Assembly (NCBI GenBank): GCA_041174825.1
Contig: JBEDGC010000005.1
Location: 2,105-66,104, forward strand
Reading direction: 5' to 3'
DNA from: Pseudomonadota bacterium
GTDB lineage: Bacteria; Pseudomonadota; Alphaproteobacteria; Sphingomonadales; Sphingomonadaceae
DNA length: 64,000 bases
Part shown: positions 32,139-40,636 of the stretch, piece after piece
How positions within the stretch are numbered: the first letter of the stretch is position 1
Layout: each line of letters opens with the position of its first letter
Position numbers and translations under genes: made by a program
The notes under the pieces: model-generated
Told to the model about the DNA's origin: nothing
Databases searched by the model: none
Seen by the model: the letters and a program-made list of their open reading frames with translations, nothing else

Positions 32139-32879
32139 ATGCGACTGGAAGGCAAAACAGCATTGGTTACGGGTGGCGCTTCGGGGTTGGGCTACGCGAT
32201 TGTGCGCCGGTTCGTCGATGAAGGCGCAACTGTGCTGATCACCGATGTCGATGAGGCCGGCGGTGCGGCGTTGGCTAGTGAGCTTGGTAATAAGGCGAGT
32301 TTTGCAAAACTGAATGTCTCTTTGGAAGGCGATTGGCAGCGTGTGTTGGGCGCATCGGGGCCAATTGATATCCTCGTGAACAATGCAGGCATCACAACCC
32401 ATGGTTCGATCGAGGATGTGACGCTCGAACAGTTCAGGCACGAGTTTGAGGTGGATGTGGTCGGCGTCTTCCTTGGCTGCAAATATGGCGTTGCGAACAT
32501 GAAGGAGCGTGGCGGATCAATCATGAACATGTCATCGCTATGCGGCGTCCGCGCACAGGGCGAGCTTGTCGCCTATAATGCTGCCAAGGCTGCTGTCACC
32601 CATATGACCAAATCGGTCGCGATGCATTGTGCGACCAGCGGCTATGGCATCCGCTGCAATTCGATCCATCCTGGGGTGATCCACACGCCTATCCTGGACA
32701 AAGTTCTGGCTCAGGTGCCCAATCCGGATGAAGTTTATGCTGGATGGGTGGCCAACCATCCCATTGGCCGCATTGGCAAACCCGAAGAAATTTCTGCGAT
32801 GGCTGTCTATCTGGGATCGGATGAATCAGGCTTTACCACGGGCGCAGAGTTCCGCGTGGATGGTGGCAGTTCGATCTAA
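32139..32879 (+). CDS. SDR-family oxidoreductase (hydroxysteroid-dehydrogenase-like)
   Basis: TGGASGLG cofactor motif, NNAG and catalytic YNAAK. Start trimmed to MRLEGK. Confidence 0.9.
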   Translation: MRLEGKTALVTGGASGLGYAIVRRFVDEGATVLITDVDEAGGAALASELGNKASFAKLNVSLEGDWQRVLGASGPIDILVNNAGITTHGSIEDVTLEQFRHEFEVDVVGVFLGCKYGVANMKERGGSIMNMSSLCGVRAQGELVAYNAAKAAVTHMTKSVAMHCATSGYGIRCNSIHPGVIHTPILDKVLAQVPNPDEVYAGWVANHPIGRIGKPEEISAMAVYLGSDESGFTTGAEFRVDGGSSI

Positions 32880-32898
32880 GCGGATGGGGAGAAGAGCC

Positions 32899-33681
32899 AT
32901 GGGAAGTAATTTACTGGGCAAAGTTGCACTGATCACAGGGGGCACCTCCGGGATAGGCGCGGGTACAGTAAGGCGCTTGTGCGCCGATCGAGCCAAGGTT
33001 GTCTTTACGGGTTCGAACGCAGCGGCGGCTAAAGCAATCGCCGCCGAAACTGGCGCTGAATTTGTGGAGCAGCGCGTTGAGGATCCTGCCGGCTGGTCGG
33101 AACTAATGGCGACTATCAAAACCCGCCATGGCCGGCTCGATATTGCCTTTGCCAATGCCGGGGTCGAGGCGGGTGACAGCAGTGTCGAAACGATCGGCTT
33201 TGATGACTGGCAGCATATTTTGGCGGTCAATCTGACGGGTGTCATGCTAACAATCCAGCATGTCGTCCGGGCAATGCGCGACAATCCCGATGGCCCCAAA
33301 GGCTCGATCATCGTCAATTCCTCGATGAACGCCTATCGCCCGATGGGGAATTTTGTCGGCTATTCGACGACTAAGGGCGCGCTCATCTCCTTGTCCAAAT
33401 CGGCTGCGATCCATTGCGCCAACCAGAAGACACAAATCCGTTGCAACAGCATCCACCCCGGCGTGGTCGAAACCGACATGATCCGCACGGTGATTGAACG
33501 TTCACCCGATCCCGCGGCCGCACGTGCGCAATTTGAGGGGATGGCACCAATGGGCCGGATGGCACAGGTTGAAGAAGTGGCGGCGCTTGTTGCCTATCTC
33601 GCTTCGGATGAGGCTGCGTTTATTTCGGGGTCTGAATATGGGATCGACGGTGCGAGCACTGCCGGGATGATGGGCGTTTAA
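32899..33681 (+). CDS. SDR-family oxidoreductase (tandem paralog)
   Basis: TGGTSGIG, NAG and YSTTK motifs. The C-terminus parallels the preceding SDR. Confidence 0.9.
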   Translation: MGSNLLGKVALITGGTSGIGAGTVRRLCADRAKVVFTGSNAAAAKAIAAETGAEFVEQRVEDPAGWSELMATIKTRHGRLDIAFANAGVEAGDSSVETIGFDDWQHILAVNLTGVMLTIQHVVRAMRDNPDGPKGSIIVNSSMNAYRPMGNFVGYSTTKGALISLSKSAAIHCANQKTQIRCNSIHPGVVETDMIRTVIERSPDPAAARAQFEGMAPMGRMAQVEEVAALVAYLASDEAAFISGSEYGIDGASTAGMMGV

Positions 33682-34448
33682 GCCGCTGCGCCGAGGTAGC
33701 CCAGCTGCCCAGCCTTGAACACCGCCTGGCTGCGGTTGACGGCATTCAGCTTCTCGCCCGCACGCTGGACATGGTAGCGGACCGTGGCGTGGCTTAGCGA
33801 CAGGATCAGGCTGATTTCCTTGTCGGTCTTGCCGATGGCGGCCCAGCGTAGACATTCCACCTCGCGCTTGGTCAGGCTGCAATCGCTGGGGATCCATTGC
33901 TGTGAGCGCATGGTGTTGACATAGCTGCTGATGAAGCGGCGGGTTATGGCACCTAGATAATCCCCATGTTCGTCAAAAAGATCGGAAAGGTCTTCACAAG
34001 TCCGGTCAACGGGCGTGAAATTGGCCGCGGCAATCTGACCGAAGGACAGATGAACCGGTATCAACATTGTCGATCGCGCAAATGCAAAGCGATCAAAATC
34101 GGAAAAATTCAGATCTTCCAGATATTTGTTTCGCGAAGCCGTAAAGGCTCCACGCGCATTGCACCAAAAGGGTTCGCTTTCATAACGACAGGCGCGTGGG
34201 AGGGGTGAGCAAAGTGCAAGGTGCCCGTCTTCCCACCAGCGTTCGCCATCCGCGGTCCAGCCAAAAATGTCGGCATTGATGATTTCACCATCAGCATCGA
34301 CCATTTGCGCCTTGGCCGCGATGTCGGCGGTAGCCGCGATCCGCAAATCGAGATCTGCAGCGATTTCCTTGATTGCAATAGCAGCTGGCCGGACATCACG
34401 GATCGCCCGGATCGTCACTTTTTCAAAGGTTTCAGCCTGCCAGTTCAT
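33678..34448 (-). CDS. LuxR-family transcriptional regulator with N-terminal autoinducer-binding-like domain (solo)
   Basis: C-terminal LTKREVECLRWAAIGKTDKEISLILSLSHATVRYHV HTH_LuxR. The N-terminal ~170 aa is a ligand-domain-like region. No luxI-type gene is nearby. SD GGAGGGAG. Confidence 0.75.
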   Translation of the reverse strand: MNWQAETFEKVTIRAIRDVRPAAIAIKEIAADLDLRIAATADIAAKAQMVDADGEIINADIFGWTADGERWWEDGHLALCSPLPRACRYESEPFWCNARGAFTASRNKYLEDLNFSDFDRFAFARSTMLIPVHLSFGQIAAANFTPVDRTCEDLSDLFDEHGDYLGAITRRFISSYVNTMRSQQWIPSDCSLTKREVECLRWAAIGKTDKEISLILSLSHATVRYHVQRAGEKLNAVNRSQAVFKAGQLGYLGAAA

Positions 34449-34559
34449 CTCCCTCCCCTTGCACGACAAGGGTTGGCTAGTCTGCAAACCCCGAGTCGGA
34501 TAGTAGCGAGCGTCGAGCGCGAACGGAAGCGATATAAAGCATCGGCCTGCATTGTCGTG

Positions 34560-35768
34560 CTAAAGGCCGAGGACCTGCTTGGCGATAATTGTTTTCTGTA
34601 CTTCATCAGAACCACCGAAAATCGTCCAGGCGCGGCCATTGAGATAGGCTGGCATAGCCAACTGCGCTTCGCGGCTGCCAATTGGTTCGGGAGCTTCATT
34701 GCCATAAAGAGGCCGTGACACCGGCAGCTGCAGCCCGTCGTAGCCAAATAGGTCAACGGCCAACGTATCGATGCTCTGCCGCAAATTTGCGCTGACCAGC
34801 TTGACCAACGATGTTTGCGGTCCTGCCGGGCGTCCCTTGGCCAATTCTGATAATATACGCAGCTCGGTCACCTCAAAGGCCTGCGCCTCAAGCCGCAGTC
34901 GAGCAAGGCGATGAGAAAAGTCGGGATCATGGATCATCGCGCCATTGGAACCCGACGCTTCGGATTTTGCATAACCTTCAATCCGATCGAGCGACGCAAG
35001 GAGTGCGGGAGCAGAGCACGACCCACCGCGTTCATTTTCGAGCAGATATTTGGCAATTGTCCAACCCTGCCCCTCTGATCCGATGAGATTCTCAACACCC
35101 GTTTCGGCGTTGTCGAAGAAAACGGCATTAACCTCGTGATCATTGGCCATCGTTACGATCGGCGACACGCTGATCCCCGACTGGTCCATTGGGATAAGCA
35201 GGAAGCTAATGCCTTCCTGCTTCTTGGCGTCGGCATCGGTGCGGACGAGGGCGAATATCCAGTTGGCGTGGTGCGCATGTGTCGTCCAGATTTTCGAACC
35301 GTTGACGACATATTTGTCGCCTCGCAGTTCTGCCCTTGTTTTGAGCGAAGCAAGGTCAGACCCCGATCCCGGCTCGGAATAGCCTTGGCACCAATAATCT
35401 TCACCCGAAAGGATACGTGCCAGGAAATGGGCCTTTTGTTCGGGCGTGCCGAATTTACAGATCACCGGCCCCACAAGCTTAAGCCCGAGCACAGGCAGCG
35501 CCGGCGCACCAGCAATCGCGCATTCCTTTTCGAAAATATATTTCTGAGTCGGGGTAAAGCCCGGCCCACCATTCTCGACCGGCCAAAGCGTCGCCAGCCA
35601 GCCCTTTTCGTGCAGGATCGCCTGCCACTCGCGGGTGATATCGGGTTCCGTGAAAACGCTGGGCGTGTTGGCCGCGCCTTCGCGCAGCCGCGCGTTCAGC
35701 TTGTCGTCCAAAAATGCGCGGACCTCGTCACGAAAGGCAAGGTCTTCTGCGGAAAAGCTCATATCCAT
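34560..35768 (-). CDS. Acyl-CoA dehydrogenase, catalytic (alpha-type) subunit
   Basis: ACAD N/M/C domains. The C-terminal IFGGSDEVQ retains the catalytic-base Glu position. Confidence 0.9.
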   Translation of the reverse strand: MDMSFSAEDLAFRDEVRAFLDDKLNARLREGAANTPSVFTEPDITREWQAILHEKGWLATLWPVENGGPGFTPTQKYIFEKECAIAGAPALPVLGLKLVGPVICKFGTPEQKAHFLARILSGEDYWCQGYSEPGSGSDLASLKTRAELRGDKYVVNGSKIWTTHAHHANWIFALVRTDADAKKQEGISFLLIPMDQSGISVSPIVTMANDHEVNAVFFDNAETGVENLIGSEGQGWTIAKYLLENERGGSCSAPALLASLDRIEGYAKSEASGSNGAMIHDPDFSHRLARLRLEAQAFEVTELRILSELAKGRPAGPQTSLVKLVSANLRQSIDTLAVDLFGYDGLQLPVSRPLYGNEAPEPIGSREAQLAMPAYLNGRAWTIFGGSDEVQKTIIAKQVLGL

Positions 35769-36508
35769 CAGGCCAGTTCCCCCATCGCCCAGCTAATACC
35801 GCGCCGCAAAGTCTCATAGTAAACCGGGTAGTTCCACCCGCAGCGTTCCGGATGATCCCAGAAGGGCATCAGCTCGATTACGTCAAAATGGCTTCGGCAA
35901 TGGCCGAGCGTATTGTAGAGCACGCCGCCTTTGCCATGATCCCGCAGATAGAGGATCGGCACCACGACATTGTCGTAATTCGCTTCGACAAAGCCGGTCG
36001 CTTCGCCATCGAAGCGGGTCTGCATCAGAACCTGGATCGGTGCCTTGGTCTTGGTGATGTAGAGTTCATCTATGACGTCGAAATCCTCAAGACCTTTGGT
36101 CAGCGCATGGTTGCGATCGGTGATCTCGACGCGGAACGGGCCGATTGGCGGATGCGCCTTGAACTGAGTGCCCAGCATTTCCATCACATCGTCACGTTCT
36201 TCGGGGCAGCCAACTCCCGCTTCGACGAAACGCAAAATCGAATTGGTGCCATGAAGCGCGAGCCATCGACCGCCCTTTTCGAGGAATGCCTTGATCGCCT
36301 GGGTTTCCTCTGGCGTGGGCATCACGTCGCAGGTGTAGGTGACAAGGAACTGGCACGCCGCGATGCGATCTACATTGCTGTAATCCATCGCTACCGTGGT
36401 GCGGATATTCTGATGCTCGGCGAGCAGCTTCAAAACCTCAAGCCGCGCAAAATCGATGTCATGATATTTACCGGCCGCGACGAAATGGGCATCGATCCGT
36501 TGGGTCAT
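35768..36508 (-). CDS. ThuA-like domain protein (class I amidotransferase-like fold, no nucleophile evident)
   Basis: The pattern YHDIDF...FLVTYTCDV...FLEKGGRWLALHG...FKAHPP...DELY...YLRDHGKGGVLYNTLGH matches the ThuA family layout. Start trimmed to MTQRID. Confidence 0.65.
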   Translation of the reverse strand: MTQRIDAHFVAAGKYHDIDFARLEVLKLLAEHQNIRTTVAMDYSNVDRIAACQFLVTYTCDVMPTPEETQAIKAFLEKGGRWLALHGTNSILRFVEAGVGCPEERDDVMEMLGTQFKAHPPIGPFRVEITDRNHALTKGLEDFDVIDELYITKTKAPIQVLMQTRFDGEATGFVEANYDNVVVPILYLRDHGKGGVLYNTLGHCRSHFDVIELMPFWDHPERCGWNYPVYYETLRRGISWAMGELA

Positions 36509-36521
36509 AGTGCGTGCTCCC

Positions 36522-37553
36522 TCAAGCGGCTCTTGCATAGTCGGCAATGCCCGACGCGGGATCACCAAAAAGTTTCGACAGTAACAGAATGCGCTTGAGA
36601 CCATGTCCGATGCCAAGTTCGTCGGACATGCCCATGCCACCATGCAGCTGCACCGCCTGATGCGCAACCCAGATCGCTTCTTCTGCGACAAAGGCCTTCA
36701 CAGCCGCAGGCGGGGCACTGGGCTGAAGCAACGCGCGGTAAACCGCCGACTGGATAGCCTCTACCTTGGCGTAGACGTCAACCATGCGGTGCTGGATCAC
36801 CTGAAAGCGCCCTATGGGCTGGCCGAACTGTTCGCGCGTTTTGACATAGTCGAGCGTGTCGTCGAACAGGCGCTGGGCAAGCCCCGCCATTTCGGCGGCG
36901 GCCATCAGCCGAGCTTCATCGATCACTGTGGCCAGATCGGCCATCGAAGGAGCAGGCGCCGCGACGTCGCGCAGCGTCAGCACAGCCGCCATCCCGCCGT
37001 CGGTGACCGGATATGGCTTTACATCCACGCCATGGGCGTCGCGCGGCACCGCAAAGAGCGCGGTGCGCCCCTCACTCGCAGCGGTTACAATGAACAGCTC
37101 AGCCACCTCTCCACCGAGGACAAAGCGTTTTTCACCGTTCAACTTGCCGTCTTTTTCCTGCACCGAAACGGCGTTCATCTGATATCGGTGATTGGGTTCG
37201 GCAAAGGCTAAGGCGGCCATGATGCTGCCGTCAACCACCGCGCCTACATGTTCCGATCCCGCCAGCAGCCGCGTCGGTAGAAAGCCGCATTCGAGCCATG
37301 GTTCCACCGCCTGCCCACGCCCCAGCGCCTGCGCGACGATAGCACAATCGATCAGCGAGCCTCCCATTCCGCCATCGGCTTCATCAGCAGCCAATTCGAT
37401 CAGCCCCAGTTCAGCCAACTCCGTCCAGCGCTTGCGGTCGATTGCACCGGGCATTTTCCGAGCTGCATGACGGGCACCGACATCGGTTTGACCGCAAAAA
37501 CGCTCCACCGTCGCCTTGAAGAGTTCCTGATTGTCGTCGAGATCGAAATTCAC
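36522..37553 (-). CDS. Acyl-CoA dehydrogenase-family protein, probable non-catalytic (beta-type) subunit
   Basis: ACAD fold, but the C-terminal region (LSKLFGDPASG) lacks the E-G-T/S-x-E catalytic-base motif. The GTG start forms a GTGA overlap with the P450 stop. Confidence 0.85.
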   Translation of the reverse strand: MNFDLDDNQELFKATVERFCGQTDVGARHAARKMPGAIDRKRWTELAELGLIELAADEADGGMGGSLIDCAIVAQALGRGQAVEPWLECGFLPTRLLAGSEHVGAVVDGSIMAALAFAEPNHRYQMNAVSVQEKDGKLNGEKRFVLGGEVAELFIVTAASEGRTALFAVPRDAHGVDVKPYPVTDGGMAAVLTLRDVAAPAPSMADLATVIDEARLMAAAEMAGLAQRLFDDTLDYVKTREQFGQPIGRFQVIQHRMVDVYAKVEAIQSAVYRALLQPSAPPAAVKAFVAEEAIWVAHQAVQLHGGMGMSDELGIGHGLKRILLLSKLFGDPASGIADYARAA

Positions 37554-38791
37554 GCAGCGGCTTTCTTGAATGTGATCGGCACGGAGGTATAACCGCGCAG
37601 TAAGAGGTTGGGCGAAACGCTGAGCTCCGCGCCGTCCTTGATACAAATATGGTCGAGCCGCGCCAACAATGTCTCGAACGCCACCGTCATTTCCTTGCGG
37701 CTGAGCATATTACCGACGCACATATGGATGCCCTTGCCAAAGGCAAGGTGCGTGCGAGCATTACTACGCTCGACATCGAATTTGTCTGGATCGGGATATT
37801 TCGCGGGATCGCGATTGGCAGCGGCATAGCGCAGCATCACCATCGTCCCGCCCTTGAATTCGTGCCCGCCCAGCGCGCAATCGCGCGTCACGACCCGCCA
37901 CATGCCGGCAGTGGGCGTGTCGAGCCGCAGCACCTCTTCGACCATATTGGGGGTCAGCTTCGGGTTGGCCCGCGCCTTTTCCTGTTGATCCGGATTGCGG
38001 GCCAAATGGACTATACCGCCCGCGACCGCATGGGTCGTCGTCTCATTGCCTGCCACCATCAATTGCTGAGCGATCGACAGGATTTCGGCGTCATCGAGCG
38101 GCTGTTCGCCTTCCAACTGTGCATTGACGATGTCAGACAAAAGATCGTCCACGGGTTGGACGCGGCGGGCATCAATCTTGATCTTCACCGCCTCCTGGAA
38201 CTCGACCACTTCGCGCGCGCATTCAAGCTCGCGCTCCTTTGAGATCATGTGACCTAGCCGGTCGGCAAAGGCATCGGACCAGCGTTTCACATTGGACTGT
38301 TCCGAAAGCTCAAAGCCAAGCTGCTCGCAAATCACCTGAACTGGCAAGGGTACGCAAAACTCGGAGACAAATTCGCATTCGCCCTTGTTGATAAAGCCAT
38401 CGATCAGCGCGTTGATCTTCTCCCTGATGCCCGCCTCCAATGCATTCACGCGTGGCATGGAGAATGCGAGATTGACCAGCTTGCGAAACCGTGTGTGCAC
38501 CGGCGGGTCTGCGGTCAACAGCGTGTCAATCTGTGGCCAGCCCTGATCAAGAATGGCGGAAACGTCTGGATCGGCGGACATTGCGCCTGAAAGCACCGCG
38601 GTAAAGTTGTTGGAAAATTCCTCCACACGCCCCGCCGCCTCGGCACACATATCATAGCTCATGACGACCTTCAGACCATTTTCCGGAATCTCGATTACCG
38701 GCGAATTGGCATGCGCCCATTGATAGAGCGGAAAGGGATTTTGCATGACCTCCGGGTCAAGCAGACTGGGTGCTGTATTCATGTTGTTCAT
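37550..38791 (-). CDS. Cytochrome P450 (paralog A)
   Basis: I-helix MVAGNETTT, EVLRLDTP (ExxR) and heme loop FGKGIHMCVG. Confidence 0.92.
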   Translation of the reverse strand: MNNMNTAPSLLDPEVMQNPFPLYQWAHANSPVIEIPENGLKVVMSYDMCAEAAGRVEEFSNNFTAVLSGAMSADPDVSAILDQGWPQIDTLLTADPPVHTRFRKLVNLAFSMPRVNALEAGIREKINALIDGFINKGECEFVSEFCVPLPVQVICEQLGFELSEQSNVKRWSDAFADRLGHMISKERELECAREVVEFQEAVKIKIDARRVQPVDDLLSDIVNAQLEGEQPLDDAEILSIAQQLMVAGNETTTHAVAGGIVHLARNPDQQEKARANPKLTPNMVEEVLRLDTPTAGMWRVVTRDCALGGHEFKGGTMVMLRYAAANRDPAKYPDPDKFDVERSNARTHLAFGKGIHMCVGNMLSRKEMTVAFETLLARLDHICIKDGAELSVSPNLLLRGYTSVPITFKKAAA

Positions 38792-38871
38792 TGCATACCT
38801 CTGAATCCCAAAACTGATGCCACAGTAAGAACCATGTTGCGACAGGCGAAAATGTTAGGCCCGTGCTTTGG

Positions 38872-39591
38872 TCAGCTATGCACCATCACCCCGCCATCGA
38901 CCATGATCCCCTGGCCAGTCACGAACCGCGCATCGTCGCTCGCTAGAAAGGCCATGACATCGGCGACATCCTCGGGCTGGCCGATGCGTCCCAGCGCGGA
39001 ACGGCCGGTGTAATATGTCTTTGATTCCGGATTGCTATCAAACATCGGCCGCGTCATTCCGGTCTCGATCGCGCCGGGCTGGACGCAATTGACGGTGATC
39101 CCGTGCGGCCCCAATTCCATCGCCAATGCGCGGGTCAGGCCGAGGACGGCATGTTTGGAGGTCGCATAAGCAACCAGCCCGGCATCGCCATAGCGCGACA
39201 GGATCGAACCGGCGTTAATCACGCGCCCCGCCTTGGCGGCCTTGAGCATCGGCAGGCAGGCGCGGGTCAGCTGCATCACCGCGGTGACGTTGACGCCCAG
39301 CGCCAAGTCCCACATTTCCTGCGTCATTTCCTCATAAGGGCCCGCCGGGCAGACGCCTGCATTGTTAATCAAGATATCGCAGCCGCCTAGCTTGGCCTGC
39401 GCCTCCGCCGCAATCGCCTCTGCATTGGCGACATCGGTCGCAAGGTTATGCGTGCCTGCAAGGCCATCGGCGGCTAGATCGACCGCGAGTACCGTACAAC
39501 CGTCGGCCAGCAATCGCGCAACCGCCGCTGCGCCGATCCCCGAAGCCGCCCCGGTCACCACAGCCTTGCGGCCCAACATATCGCGCGACAT
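38872..39591 (-). CDS. SDR-family oxidoreductase
   Basis: TGAASGIG, NNAG and YATSK motifs. Confidence 0.9.
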   Translation of the reverse strand: MSRDMLGRKAVVTGAASGIGAAAVARLLADGCTVLAVDLAADGLAGTHNLATDVANAEAIAAEAQAKLGGCDILINNAGVCPAGPYEEMTQEMWDLALGVNVTAVMQLTRACLPMLKAAKAGRVINAGSILSRYGDAGLVAYATSKHAVLGLTRALAMELGPHGITVNCVQPGAIETGMTRPMFDSNPESKTYYTGRSALGRIGQPEDVADVMAFLASDDARFVTGQGIMVDGGVMVHS

Positions 39592-39602
39592 CGCCTCTCT
39601 CC

Positions 39603-40622
39603 TCAGGCCAGTTGCAGGATCATCTTGCCGTCATTGCTGCCGCTGAACAGGCGGAGGAAGGCGGGGAGGGCATTTTCGATGCCGCTATCGACATGCTCGT
39701 CAAACACCAATTGTCCCGACCGCAGCCACCCCGCCATTTCGGTTATGCCTTCGCCAAAGCGCGGGACATAATCGGCAACCAGCAGTCCGCTAATCGAGGC
39801 ACGCTTGACGATCAGTTGCCACACATTGCGCGCGCCGGTCTTCTCGCCCGCATTGTTATATTCGCTGATCAGCCCACACAGCCCGATCCGCGCATACATT
39901 GCGAGGTTGTTAAGCCCGGCATCCAATATATCGCCGCCGACATTTTCAAAGATGATGTTGACGCCCTCAGGCGCCTCTGCGGCAATCGCGGCGGTCAGCT
40001 CATCGACCGATTTGCCGCGATAGTCGATCGCGGCATCGAAACCATAGCGCTCGATCAGCCTCGCGCATTTTTGCGGGCCCCCGGCAATGCCGATCACCTT
40101 TGACGCGCCCTTGATCTTGGCAATCTGCCCCACCAGCGAGCCGACGGCTCCGGCAGCCCCTGTCACCAATACGACATCGCCGGGATTGGGCTTGCACACC
40201 TCCAGGTAGCCGAAATAGGCCGTCATCCCGACCGCGCCGAGCACCGACAGGAAGTTGGTCGGCGAAGGCACCAGCGACGTATCGACCACTGCCGAAAAGC
40301 CGCCCGCCATCCCGACAGAATATTCCTCGATCGCGTTCAGGCCCGAAACCCATGCGCCCACCGGGAAGTCGGCTGCCTTGCTCTCGACAATCTCCCCCAC
40401 CGTCGATGCGCGCACCGGCGTGTCGAGCGGGATCGGCGGCATATAGCTGGGCGCATCGTCCATCCAGCCGCGGATCGCTGGATCGAGCGAGGCATAATGG
40501 TTGCGGATCAGGAACTGGCCGCCGGCAAGTCCCGGGACTGGCTCGCTGCGCAGTTCGAAATCATCGGCAACGGGGGTGCCGTTGGGGCGGCGCTTCAGGA
40601 TGAAATGGCGGTTGTTGGTCAT
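39603..40622 (-). CDS. NADP-dependent MDR-family enone/alkenal reductase (YncB/CurA/PTGR-like), paralog A
   Basis: The pattern FILKRRPNG.P...F, LSVLG..GMTAY and VTGAAGAVGS fits this family. SD GGAG lies before the ATG at 40622. Confidence 0.85.
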   Translation of the reverse strand: MTNNRHFILKRRPNGTPVADDFELRSEPVPGLAGGQFLIRNHYASLDPAIRGWMDDAPSYMPPIPLDTPVRASTVGEIVESKAADFPVGAWVSGLNAIEEYSVGMAGGFSAVVDTSLVPSPTNFLSVLGAVGMTAYFGYLEVCKPNPGDVVLVTGAAGAVGSLVGQIAKIKGASKVIGIAGGPQKCARLIERYGFDAAIDYRGKSVDELTAAIAAEAPEGVNIIFENVGGDILDAGLNNLAMYARIGLCGLISEYNNAGEKTGARNVWQLIVKRASISGLLVADYVPRFGEGITEMAGWLRSGQLVFDEHVDSGIENALPAFLRLFSGSNDGKMILQLA

Positions 40623-40636
40623 AATATCTCCTGATT

